Source: Cyanidioschyzon merolae
Taxonomy: Eukaryota
DNA length: 64,000 nt
Direction: 5' to 3' (one strand)
Assembly: GCA_000091205.1 (NCBI GenBank)
Contig: AP006491.2
Shown: piece after piece, positions 42,282 to 52,878 of the stretch
Layout of the letters: the number at the start of each line of letters is the position of its first letter
Position numbering within the stretch: the stretch's first letter is position 1
Translations under genes and position numbers: made by a program
Notes under the pieces: model-generated
Told to the model about the DNA's origin: nothing
Seen by the model: only the letters and a program-made list of their open reading frames with translations
Database searches by the model: none

Positions 42282-43706
42282 ATGAAGGTTCCATTCTGGC
42301 TATTTGCACTTATGGTTGCTTTGGTTTCGTTCAACGGGTGCAATATAGCGAAACCCGCTCAGTCTTGCCTTGGCTCGGGGCTCGCAGGCTGCTCGGCGCA
42401 GTTGTATTCTGGGAACCGGAAGGGTTGGTTCAGCGTATCCGGCTCCGTACAGGATACAATATTTACTCAGAATGAGCTTGCATCAAGCTTGGAGAGACTC
42501 GTCAGCCACATAATAGAACCTTTCCGAAATGCAACAGCGGAGGAGCTTCGCCACAGACTACGCACACTGTTCGAGCGCAAGACGTATCGCGTAACCCCGA
42601 ACGGTGCACGCAAAGCCGAAGGTTGTGTCGTCTGGTCGTGGCAGGGAGGAAACCTTACGTTCAACGCACCGACAGAGACGGAAACGATGATGCACCGCAC
42701 GAAACCTTTCTGGTACAATCGCTTACGCTGGACGTGGGAGCTGTTTGAAGCGATAAAAATGCCCAGAGACGACTTTGAGATAGCGCAGTGCCTGCATGAC
42801 TGTGTTCAGACTGTTCGAAAGGAGCCGCAGTTCGCCAAAATGCCTCGGTATCCCGAACCTGGACCGATTCCAATTCTCAGTCTCATCCAGTGCTGCGGCA
42901 TTAGCGATGATATTCCCGCACCAGTTTTTGAATCTGGCAGACCTGGCCCGAGAACGATTTTCTCAACTGGTCTTCGCGACTGGGATGTTGCTTGCGCGCT
43001 CCAAGCTGCTTCTGCTTTACCGTGGGCGTTTAGACTGCCCAAGGCAGTCTTCCGCGGCTCCGCTCGAGAATCTCTAGAGGAAACCAGACTTGCGACCGTC
43101 TCTGGGCGGAGAGGAATCCACGGACGCAGAGGGTCGAACGCGTATGGCCGGCGAGCCCTGGCAGAGCATGGCCGCCGACACCCAGCATTGCTGGATGTAC
43201 TTGTCACAGAATCCGGGGGCAACAGAAGTGCCGGCGGCTTTATGTCTGTCCGGAAGTTGGTGAACTACCGCTACTCTGTGCATGCTGAAGGCAACTGTGG
43301 CTGGGCAGACCGCTTATGGTGGCAGCTACACGCTCCGCAAGTGCTGCTAAAGCAGCGATCACCGTGCGGTCTGTACTTCGAACCCCTGATGAAGCCATAC
43401 AGAGATCACATCCCTGTCTCTGGGTCATTTGACGACCTCAGTCGCAAAGTAAAGTGGCTCCAGCGCCACGAGTCGGATGCTCTCGTAATGGCGACGAATG
43501 CAATGAGATTCGCGGAGGCGTACCTCGTTAGACGGAGCATACTCAAATACTTTGAGATGGTCCTAAACCAGTACGCACAAATTTGGCGACATCATTCTTA
43601 TGGAGATCGCGGGCACTTCCAATCAGGAGGTGGTGGCGCTGAATGCCTTCGACCTCGTTTCGACTTTTGGTTCTTAGAAGAAAAAAGGGATGCAGATGCG
43701 GGATAG
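42282..43706 (+). CDS. CAP10-domain glycosyltransferase (GT90, POGLUT/KDELC-like), secreted/ER
   Basis: The N-terminal signal is MKVPFWLFALMVALVSFNGC. The CAP10 core is AVFRGSARE...YRYSVHAEGNCGWADRLWWQLHAPQVLLKQ...YFEPLMKPYRDHIPVSGSFDDLSRKVKWL. Confidence 0.8.
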   Translation: MKVPFWLFALMVALVSFNGCNIAKPAQSCLGSGLAGCSAQLYSGNRKGWFSVSGSVQDTIFTQNELASSLERLVSHIIEPFRNATAEELRHRLRTLFERKTYRVTPNGARKAEGCVVWSWQGGNLTFNAPTETETMMHRTKPFWYNRLRWTWELFEAIKMPRDDFEIAQCLHDCVQTVRKEPQFAKMPRYPEPGPIPILSLIQCCGISDDIPAPVFESGRPGPRTIFSTGLRDWDVACALQAASALPWAFRLPKAVFRGSARESLEETRLATVSGRRGIHGRRGSNAYGRRALAEHGRRHPALLDVLVTESGGNRSAGGFMSVRKLVNYRYSVHAEGNCGWADRLWWQLHAPQVLLKQRSPCGLYFEPLMKPYRDHIPVSGSFDDLSRKVKWLQRHESDALVMATNAMRFAEAYLVRRSILKYFEMVLNQYAQIWRHHSYGDRGHFQSGGGGAECLRPRFDFWFLEEKRDADAG

Positions 43707-44593
43707 GGGCCCACCTCGTAAGCAAGCTTTCAAGTCGCGTTTACCGATCAGTATTGCCATGCATTCTGCACTGTCCATAAACGTACCCAGGAAGTGGCTG
43801 TCACTGCTGGTCGAGCAGGTTCCCGGAACGATGCTACGTCTTGCGTCTTGGACGATTATTGTTCCGGAGTATGGAACAGGCGGATCTTTTTTTGATTCGT
43901 CCATGATGTACAGAGAATCTACCATGATCATAATGGAAATCGTGCGCCCTGAGTAAATGTCGACAGCGGCCTGCGCGGAGCGCCGAGTTATAAACAGTAC
44001 CGGGTAATTCGACACTGGAGCGAATCAAATACAAAGGTCTAAGCGTTGCAAATGAACCCCACAGGAAGGCATGGGTATGCGCCGGCGTGCTGCAGCGGGC
44101 AACTGGACCCTTCTCATCTAGTCATGCGTGAAGGTTATCATCACGATGGCCGGTAGTAGAACCTGAAACGCTTTCATCGTGGATGCCACCTTCTCGGGCC
44201 AAGCCGGATGGCCCTCATCACAATGAATGGAAGCAAAAGCCCGGTATCCTTTTATCCCGAACAGGCAAGGCCAGCAGAAGCATCATGTTTCGTAACAGAC
44301 TGCTGCTCAACGAGCTTCGGATTCGACGGCGTACGATGCGAGCAGCCCCAGGCCATCTGCAAGCTGCAACGTGACAGAGATTATTCTCGCACAGCGAAAA
44401 AAGTCTTTCTCATTCGGGACGCCTGCATCCCTCGCAAGCGCTCGCAGCCACTTACGCGCAGTTTTGGAAGCTTCGTCTTCCACAAGCCGACTGCGAGGAT
44501 CGCTCGCAAAATCATGATAATTGAGCACCGATATTCAGTAAGCGTTCTGCGAAAGCCCAATCTTTCTTCCTAACAACCACCCACAAGGCGATG

Positions 44594-44989
44594 CTACGTG
44601 CAGGTCGCTACCCCCGTAAAAGTCGAGGTTGTCGTACCACCTGTTCCACAGGTAAAGCGGTACAGCAACCGACCTGCTTCCGCGCACTCGAGCACCAAGT
44701 TTCCATTCCCAGTCGTACCGGACGCACGAAGGAGTTCATTCAGATCAAACCGAGTAGTTTGTGAACGAATAGTCGCCAGGTTTTGGTCGTTCTGTTCCAA
44801 TGCAGACACGTGCGCCCGGAGTTGGGAAACAACAGCCCGCAACTCTGCGTTCTCAGCTGACGCTTTCCGCACAGCAACATCTAAAGAACTAGCCACCGTG
44901 CCAAAGCAGGTCCCGAAAGATCCTACAAAAAGACTTATCCCAATAAGTATGACGAGAGCCTGCCAAGGCTTGAGACTGAAAGTTTGCAT
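44594..44989 (-). CDS. Small signal-anchor/coiled-coil protein, paralogue 1 (novel family)
   Basis: The start was chosen at MQTFSLKPWQALVILIGISLFVGSFG (131 aa). The C-terminus is LVLECAEAGRLLYRFTCGTGGTTTSTFTGVATCT. It is a paralogue of 45278..45712. Confidence 0.5.
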   Translation of the reverse strand: MQTFSLKPWQALVILIGISLFVGSFGTCFGTVASSLDVAVRKASAENAELRAVVSQLRAHVSALEQNDQNLATIRSQTTRFDLNELLRASGTTGNGNLVLECAEAGRLLYRFTCGTGGTTTSTFTGVATCT

Positions 44990-45277
44990 CTTCGAACAAT
45001 ACTTGTCTTTACAAAACAGAGTAGGAAAAAGAATTTTAATGAGATGCAAGCGGCGTAAAGGTGCGTGTTGCGCGCCGTCACGCGGAGCATCCGTTGATCC
45101 CAGTGTCACGAATCGACGACACCAGTGCAACAAACAAGCGACGGCGGCCGGCGGCAACAACACATATCGATGGAAAAATTGCCACTACGTGCTGGAGATC
45201 ACTGGAGGGATCGGATCGCATCGATCGATCCGTGTCTGCTCTGCTCACCATCGCATCTAGCGTTGTTTCTCTCAAAA

Positions 45278-45712
45278 ATGACGCAACGGAGTTACCACCT
45301 TACGCCAGTATTCGTATGCTGCTTCTGGATTATGGCGTGGTTCGTTTGCATATTTACGTTAGGAGCGGTGGAGGCTTTGGGACGCTTTTCTCTGGGAAGT
45401 ACAAGGGAGGGCGTGCTTGCGGCACTTGTAGAGGACAATATTCGCCTGCGAAATGAAGCACGCATTCTGCTCAACCGCTTGAACCACTTTGAGGCTTCGA
45501 ACAGGCGTCAGATTTTGGTTTCCCACGGCAGCGTGCCAGGAGTCTATCCGTATGGAGGTATTTTCAATACCACCGTGCGTGCGAGCACGGGCAGCGGCGG
45601 AGCGGCGACTTCCGTGATTGAGTGCGCCGCGACCGAGAGAGTCCTGTACCGTTTTTCATGCCCAGCAGACGTTGTAGCCGCCACGACGATGACCGGTGTG
45701 ATTGACTGTTAA
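45278..45712 (+). CDS. Small signal-anchor/coiled-coil protein, paralogue 2 (novel family)
   Basis: The start was chosen at MTQRSYHLTPVFVCCFWIMAWFVCIF (144 aa). The C-terminus is SVIECAATERVLYRFSCPADVVAATTMTGVIDC. Confidence 0.5.
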   Translation: MTQRSYHLTPVFVCCFWIMAWFVCIFTLGAVEALGRFSLGSTREGVLAALVEDNIRLRNEARILLNRLNHFEASNRRQILVSHGSVPGVYPYGGIFNTTVRASTGSGGAATSVIECAATERVLYRFSCPADVVAATTMTGVIDC

Positions 45713-45731
45713 CGGAACGCGCTTCGAGCGT

Positions 45732-46352
45732 TCACTGCGTTTCGAAAAAGTCAAGTGTTTGCCAACCGAGACGATCCCGAATTCGTTCCAAACGTTTTCT
45801 GTTGGACCCAAAGTCACCAAGCGGTTGATGGAAAGGATATATATAGGTGACCTTCTGTGACCTCGATCGGTAAAGTACAAGCTTCTCCTCAGGTCGGAGC
45901 AGAAACTCGATGTCGTCCTCGCCGCCCGGTGGAAATACACTCGGTGCAGTCGCATGTAGATAGAAACCATCCACTTCGCGGACAGCGACGCCAGGCTCCG
46001 CTCTTACCGCCGCCTCGAGTGCCGACCAGGCTTCTCGAGGACTATCAGTGACTGTAGCATACGACCACGGCGCGCCGTACTTGACGGGACTCCCGATTGC
46101 GGAAGAGGAGACACAGTTTTCTTCGCTGCCACAGCTCCCGAGCGACTTGATCTGCACCGCCGAGAAAATGCCACCATCGGCACTGGAAACTGGCACTCGA
46201 AAAGCCCCTTCAAGCGAAAGTGCAATCATGACAGCAGCGCAAGCTGACGATCGTCCCCAGGGAGTAGCGGCCGTGGCCGCTAGTCGGAAGCTGCGCCAGC
46301 TCCTGTGCAGGGCGAAACGGCGAGTTCTGACCCTGGAATTGACCACAAACAT
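45732..46352 (-). CDS. DUF1499-domain protein with N-terminal targeting-like extension
   Basis: CGSEENCVSSSA...YGAPWSY...YLHATAPSVFPPGGEDDIEFLL...LYRSRSQ...GDFGSNRKRLERIRDRLGW is collinear with DUF1499 as recalled. The N-terminus is R/S/A-rich. Confidence 0.7.
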   Translation of the reverse strand: MFVVNSRVRTRRFALHRSWRSFRLAATAATPWGRSSACAAVMIALSLEGAFRVPVSSADGGIFSAVQIKSLGSCGSEENCVSSSAIGSPVKYGAPWSYATVTDSPREAWSALEAAVRAEPGVAVREVDGFYLHATAPSVFPPGGEDDIEFLLRPEEKLVLYRSRSQKVTYIYPFHQPLGDFGSNRKRLERIRDRLGWQTLDFFETQ

Positions 46353-46719
46353 GTCTGTACCCTAGAAAATCCTACTTATTCCTAACGTTATTCGGAAGTG
46401 TATCTGACGTTCGCGCAGAGGTATCGTTTGACCACCACAGGAACCTAATGGTGATCGATAAGAGTCAGCGGCCAACTGTTTGCAAAAATTACAGCGCCGC
46501 TGTGTAGCCGGGTAACCCGTACCTCAACATAGTCGCTCTTGAAAGCGTTAAGTTGGCGTTACAGGCAGTTCGCTGACTCCGAATCGAGTACATCTTTGGT
46601 ACGAAAAGAATCAAGCAAGCTCTTATAGTCTTTAACGTCAATTCTGTTGAATCCTTAAGTGAAAGTAATCAACTGCTTTTTCGCGGTCCACGGCAAACGT
46701 GTTCGAAGTACGCTGTTTT

Positions 46720-47205
46720 TTAAGAATAGAAAATCCTAGGCTAAGTTATGGACTTGCAAGTCGCGAATCGAGGAAGGCCATCACCGCCGGCTGCCGACAG
46801 AAGAAAAAGCAAAAATCCTCTTCTCGCCGAACATCAAACGAAGAAAAGCAAGTGACGAAGAAGAAGAGCGGAGATATGCGAGAAAAGGCGTTCGTACGAC
46901 GGGGCGATGACGAGGCTGTAGTGGCATAGAGGTCGCGAACTCTAGGAATCTTTGCAATGGTACGTTCCACCAGCGGCAGCAAACGCATGCAGTTCGTGGA
47001 CCGAGACTTCAGCACCGCCATGAATATCAGACGATGTATGATGCTGAAGAAGAGAACTGAGGAGCTGACGCGATCCAACGTCGTGGTGCAGCCTCTCAGG
47101 CTCGAAGTGTGCCTGCGTAAACTGAAACCGATAGCAGTGGTCCGGTCACAAAAGTCTGGGAGACGTCTGCGCGTGGGTGTATCTGTATACACTCTATGGT
47201 CGTTG
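46720..47205 (+). pseudogene. X2-family TnpB/Fanzor-like relic (diverged solo copy)
   Basis: EKAFVRRGDDEAVVA*...MVRSTSGSKRMQFVDRDFSTAMNIRRCMML (motif at 46999-47037) is collinear with GTVFVEWNDDETVAEQ...GIGSKRMELVSRDLNAATNIRRCVVL. The 3' tail is also alignable at DNA level to 12179-12350. Confidence 0.55.
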
Positions 47206-48346
47206 AACGTTTATCTTTTTGCCGATCACAAACAGAGACTGCGTGAATACGTTACGGGGCTGGCGCTGCGGATGAGCCAACTTCCATACGAGCTCGATGG
47301 AAGGGCCCGGAGACAAGGACACCGCAGCGTTCCAATGCACTCTGTAGGGTTTGTAACCCAACCTGTCTTTCACACAATGAACACATTTCCCACCATGCTC
47401 CACCAGATACGTATCTTTGTTTCCAATTTTTAAGAGACTTTGCAACAGATGCTGGATGCATCCAATTTTCTTTCCGTCAACAGGAGCTCGCTCGCATCAA
47501 TTCCCGGTACACACACATCCATCGCAGTGCTGTTAGAGCGGCTGATGCGATTTTTAATTTCGGTAATGAAGATGTTTCAAGCCGATGTGATCCTCCAAAG
47601 CAAAATGTCTTACAGAGTCCATTGCTGTGGGCCTGAAACCAACAACGCCTGCTTGACTGGTCGAATAACAGGGTAGAGGTGAGCGCGCCATCAACTCGCA
47701 TCTTGCGAAAGTTCTCCCCGCACCCGGAATTCGAAAACCAAGCGCATCACTGGTCGAACAGGCACCGAAACTCCGGCAAGGACAGCAAGATGTTAGATGT
47801 TGGAATGTCACCTTTGGCGTCGGTGACTCACGTGGGCAACGGCAGGTATTTGCACCTGCTGCGCATAAATTCTTGCCATTTTACTCGATGCATTAGAGAA
47901 GTGGCATTATTCAAAGCAATACGGCTGCGCACGATGTCTGCACCGAGAGCCCTCGTGCAGCAATTCCGAACATTAACGGAGAAAGACGTGCTTGAGCTTT
48001 TCAAGTAAGTACCGTACCAGTGTGAAACCTGTTTAGGCGACTCCTTCATGCGTTCGTCGCGCACCGCTTCGTTTTGAATAGTCCATCGTGCGGTTTGGTG
48101 CTATAGTCGTGATCAGCGGACACAAGCGAATTTTGAATCACGCAGCACCGCAGAAAAAGACAAGCCGTCGAAGCTCCGTGTCGACGACGTCTGCGCAGCG
48201 CTCAGCCGCTCCAACAAGTCATCGGTTGCAAGACCGATGGCCGTAATCGAGCTTTTCGCTCTTCTGCGCAGTGCGGGACAAGCGCTCGCAACGGATACAC
48301 GATGCGCCACGTAGTGCATCGAACTGCGGCGGAATGGGTGAAACCG

Positions 48347-50332
48347 TCAACAGGGAGCCCTTTTTCTCGTCAAGTCGGGGTCACTGCTATCTGCAGCATC
48401 CTGTGGAGTATATCGCCTGCGGAAAAATATCTCGAGTTCCCTTGTCGTGAGCTGGCGAAACGTTGGACGCCCATGCGGACACGTGCGAGGTGCTTTCGTT
48501 CGGAGCCATTGGTCCACCAATGACTGCATCCTCTCTCGATCCAATTGCGTTCCGTTCTTCACCGCTGCCCTGCAGGCGAGAAGCGCTAAGCGATCCTCCA
48601 GACTGGATGCAGAACCGAGTGCTTGTAGCAGGAATTGCATCTTTCGCTCAGACTGCGACCTGGGGCAATCATTCTCAGGGTCTAGGAGTCCCGCTTCGAT
48701 GAACATTTGCGGGGCGCGTTCCACTTTCCATTCCAATGGACCGATCATGGTCATGTGGATGCCCAGGGATTCTCGCAGCTCCTCGACCTGAGCTTGAGCG
48801 AACAGACCTCGCATAATAATTGGTTCGCGGAGCTCGACAATATTACGCGCCAGAGACGTATACTGGTCCCTGTACTTTTCGTAGAGCACGCGTTCGTGTG
48901 CGGTATGCTGTTCAATAATCCAAATATCACCGCTCTCCATATTGGTGGCGATGATGTAGGTCTTACCAATCTGGGTCATGGCTTCGAGTCTGAGCAGCTG
49001 GTTACTTTGGGGTTCATCAGCGGCACCGTTTAAGGCGCCTTCTTCCATATCGATAAGTTTCCGAAGATAGGTCGATGCAAATAAGTCTGCGGCGGATACC
49101 TCTGATAGCGGCATCGAGAAGCAACGATCGATGCCCTCTCGAAGTTTCTGAAACCAGTACTCGGGGTCACGTAAACGCATCATAGTTTTCATCGGGTGAA
49201 TATTCCAATCGACATCTCTTCCAGGGCATCTTATGTGAATGAAGATTATCGGGAAGCGACCGGAAGGTAACGTGTGCTGCACATGGCTCAGCGCCGCGTT
49301 CACGAGGTCCGCGTTCTGTACAGCTCTACCGTTCACAGCCACAATGACCGCATCCGCCCGTGAGCGATGGTGCCCCCGGTCCGGATACCCGAGCACACAG
49401 AGGACTTGATCGCTAGCGAAAGCACCACACTCCTCAGGCGCAATTTCCATGATCTGACTAAACATGCGGATAAGGGCGTGCTTAGCTCGCTCTGTCTCCG
49501 ATTCCTCGTCAGAGAATTCAAGTTTGCCGTATAGGGTAAGAAGATTGCGTCCGCTATCTCGAACTCTCCAAGAAACGTTCGGATGGCATAAAGCCGTTGC
49601 GCGGACGAAGGATAGGAGCTGTTGCCGCAGCTGCCTCTTGTGCGGCATGGCGGAACGCCGCGGGGCAAACTGTTCGTCGCAAAAGAGACCAGTGACCTGG
49701 ACAATGGTTCCCTGGGGAAGGCCGACAGGCTCAACCGGTTTCGTTTCAACTTGTTGTGGGCTGTATTGAATCATGTAACCACAGGGGCTGGTCTCCCCTT
49801 TCGAGCGAACCTCAATACACGCACAGAGCTGGGATATTGCCCAGAGACCCTGACCTCGAAAGCCGAGTGTGTGCACCCGTCCAGCAACGAGCTGCTCCAG
49901 TGAGGCGAGCTTACTCGTCGCGTTCTGCTGAAGACAACGTTCAAGGTCATTTGGCCTCATCCCTCGTCCATTATCTCGTACGACGATATTGCCAGCATCA
50001 AAGTCGATGTCGATCTCCACCGCGGTGGCCTCCGCGTCCAGCGCGTTCTCGACGAGCTCTCGCACAGCAGCGACGGGGCTATCAATGACTTCGCCACTCG
50101 CTATTCGCTGAATGACCTCTGTAGGCAAGACGGAGATCCGCAAGGTCAACGGTACTGACCTCCTTGGGGATGTTCGTCGATAAACGGATCTCGGACAGAG
50201 CTTCAACGGCGTTGACGACCAAGGCTGCGCTGGGCTCAGAACAACCCGTCGTGATGATGCGTCGCTTTGCTGCAGCTTGCCCACGTTGCTCGAGATATGC
50301 TTTCTTCTGATGAAACAATATGATATGAACAT
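48347..50332 (-). CDS. MUTL: DNA mismatch repair protein MutL, bacterial-size, with N-terminal extension
   Basis: The GHKL ATPase region reads IASGEVIDSPVAAVRELVENALDAEAT and VRDNGRGM. The C-terminal endonuclease-type motif is EQHTAHERVLYE, and CPHGRPT is present. The ~590-aa core sits behind a ~70-aa S/R-rich leader. Confidence 0.9.
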   Translation of the reverse strand: MFISYCFIRRKHISSNVGKLQQSDASSRRVVLSPAQPWSSTPLKLCPRSVYRRTSPRRSVPLTLRISVLPTEVIQRIASGEVIDSPVAAVRELVENALDAEATAVEIDIDFDAGNIVVRDNGRGMRPNDLERCLQQNATSKLASLEQLVAGRVHTLGFRGQGLWAISQLCACIEVRSKGETSPCGYMIQYSPQQVETKPVEPVGLPQGTIVQVTGLFCDEQFAPRRSAMPHKRQLRQQLLSFVRATALCHPNVSWRVRDSGRNLLTLYGKLEFSDEESETERAKHALIRMFSQIMEIAPEECGAFASDQVLCVLGYPDRGHHRSRADAVIVAVNGRAVQNADLVNAALSHVQHTLPSGRFPIIFIHIRCPGRDVDWNIHPMKTMMRLRDPEYWFQKLREGIDRCFSMPLSEVSAADLFASTYLRKLIDMEEGALNGAADEPQSNQLLRLEAMTQIGKTYIIATNMESGDIWIIEQHTAHERVLYEKYRDQYTSLARNIVELREPIIMRGLFAQAQVEELRESLGIHMTMIGPLEWKVERAPQMFIEAGLLDPENDCPRSQSERKMQFLLQALGSASSLEDRLALLACRAAVKNGTQLDRERMQSLVDQWLRTKAPRTCPHGRPTFRQLTTRELEIFFRRRYTPQDAADSSDPDLTRKRAPC

Positions 50333-50519
50333 ACTTGACTACCCTGGTGGTCACTAAAACCGCACGACGACTCTCCACATCAGCGCAGCGGATTATCGGT
50401 GATGTGATATGGATATTCGTGTCTGAGAAGCCACGCCAACGCGTTCCCGCTGATCGCAGTCCGGTGCTTTTGTGGCGAAACCTGCACCAGATTCAAAGGG
50501 AACAAAAAGCCACTCATTC

Positions 50520-51860
50520 TAAGACTGAATTTCGTTCTTTCCGAGCTTTTTGTCAGATGAGCAGCCTCGACATCCGAAGTGCATCAGTAAGGGCACTGCG
50601 GATTCATGCAAAGCTTGAGGAGTTTCGGGGGTGTTTTCGGAGTGACCCCTTCGACGCTCTGCAGCCAGAATTCGTCCGTCATCGGTACCAGGACGATTCG
50701 CGACGGCCTCGAAGAAGGACCCCTAAACTAAGCGACGGCACCATTGAATTCACATGTACGAGACTCCAGGCCGCTCGTTTCCATGCGTTCAGGGTGTCCT
50801 ACTCACGCATGCCTCGCACGCTCGACCTTTCTGTTCCAGGGCAACTCGTAGGCACAACAACTCGCGCTCCTTCGTTGACGGGTAAGTAAATCGACTTTAT
50901 GCGTTGGCGGCATGCTCACAATATCATGCGCAAACTTCACCGAAATTCTCGCTTCGAAAAAATAGACTCCGTTCAAACGACACATCCGGCTCTCTTTGGA
51001 GCCAACTAGGCATCGGCTTTGCACAGAAGCAGTTTCCCGTCGACGGGGCATGCTCCCAGAGGCTCCCGGCTCTTGTCATCGGAAACCGGACTCGGGCTCG
51101 GGCTCGGACTTTAGTCATCGCGGAGGTCGCTTCTGGTACGGTCTGCATCACTGCCTTGGACGAGCGCAGCGGACATAGATCGAATTCTCTGGGCTTGTTC
51201 ACCAACCGGGATTTCCCTTCCTGGGCTTGTTCACCATCGACATCATCGCATGGCACAAGTCCACTGTCGACTGGGACAGCGTGCGTCTGCGTGTCCAGCG
51301 CGCAGGGCACTTGCCCAGCGCATGACCCCGAAGAAGCCCGTGATCGTCGAGTGCAGCACCGGTCGCGCAAAAGCATGAGGGCATCGAGGCGAGCGTTCTG
51401 TGCACGCTCACGGCATGTATCTGGCGCAGGAACAAGTGCTCAAGCAACACAGGGCCTCTTGTCTGAAGAGACTGCGTTGTAGTCACATGGGATCACCTGA
51501 TGACGCAGACAGGTCACCGCTGCAACAAGGCGCACAGCGTCTGTATACAACGAGGATGGAAATGGCAAACGCAGCGTAGATCGCAACCTTTGCGTGTGCT
51601 CGAAAGACGTCAACAACGAGCCGGAAGCGGCGAAATCGGGACTTGAGCGCTGCTATCAACATGGTTCGTCTGTCGGCACCTGAGCTGGTGGGAAAAAGAT
51701 AGACCAGCGCGTTTGAAGCTGGATAGCAGAGTTAGGAACAGTAAACACGTGCAGAGACATCCCGTAGCGGCTTGTGTTGATGATAGCGAGAAGGGACCCA
51801 AACCTGAGCGTGTACTTCCGTGTTAGATAAGTTGGCCCGTTCCGTTCTATTCTGACATAG
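50520..51860 (+). pseudogene. Y-family TnpB/Fanzor-like relic (diverged solo copy)
   Basis: The 5' block ttccgagcttttt (~50540) is present. The translation reads KKPVIVECSTGRAKA (~51331-51375), then VVTWDHLMTQTGHRCNKAH (~51476-51535), then FACARKTSTTSRKRRNRDLSAAINMVRL (motif at 51631-51672). Frameshifts and stops are present. Confidence 0.5.
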
Positions 51861-52878
51861 TTGTAGAGGCTGCCCCTGCCATTGATGCTTTCCTTTGAAA
51901 ACTTGAAACCCCGCTGACGCGGCCCATTCCCCAAGTTGCATGCAGCGTGATCTCCGATGGCTGCGAACGCAGTAGCTTGCGAACGGTACAGGAGCGATCT
52001 CTCTAAACGCCATTTTCCGCTGAATCGTTCCATAACCGCTCGCCTTCGAGACGGACGTGCGCCCCACAGCCATGATATCCAATCTTTCGCATTCTGGAGG
52101 CGGTGGGGGCGGGAGGCGGCTATACGCATCCAGAGGCGATAGTCTCCATGATACCTAGAAAAGCAAGGGTATTCGGGATGCCCTTCCAGGCGATGTCGTG
52201 ACGTATGCTAGTTGCGCTGAAAACAAGATGGTATGTACCACAAAGCAGATACATTACAGGTGGAAACGGACAATGCAGTGAATTCTACGTGAATTGCCAA
52301 CCAAACTAGCGGGGTTTTCACTGATCCATGTAAACTCAGAGGCATGCGAGCGCGCTTGTAGGCAGCGAAACACCCCAGAGCACCCCAAATGCATAATGTA
52401 TGGCGCTGTGCAACTCAAAAGGCCGCCCACTCTACTTTGCATCGCCACTTGGCCGGATGGTAAACGGAAGCTGTCTTCTTTTGCGCTCATGGTGCAAGTC
52501 AACTGGAGAATGAGGTTCATGTGCTAACTAAGGGCACCAGTAACCTATGCAGAGTGAAAGGATGCAAATGAGACAGTACTCATATGACACGTGTTGCGCG
52601 CAAAAACCGTTTTCCATGAGTAACGCATGTGGCTGAGCATCACAATCGAGACGAGCGCGATCATCTGGGAAGATCCTGCAGCGAAATCTGGCGCATGAAA
52701 ATGAACGCGATGATCAGTCGGCGGTAGCGCAGTTCCCGGCAAGCACAGCGCCACGATGCGTAGCGATCGCGTTGCCCCACCAGGAACGGAACCCTGAGAC
52801 CTGCCAGGAGGCGCGAGGAGAACACCTTTCGTTTAGACCTAAGACTGCCTGGCGCAGCGTTCACAACCGAACGCGCTT

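Noticed and set aside
43674-44015. 113-aa minus-strand ORF overlapping the 3' end of the GT90 gene, plus the 73-aa ORF at 44307..44528 in the same frame.
   Set aside because: No recognisable domain. The two are separated by several in-frame stops. This could be a decayed gene but is unsupported.
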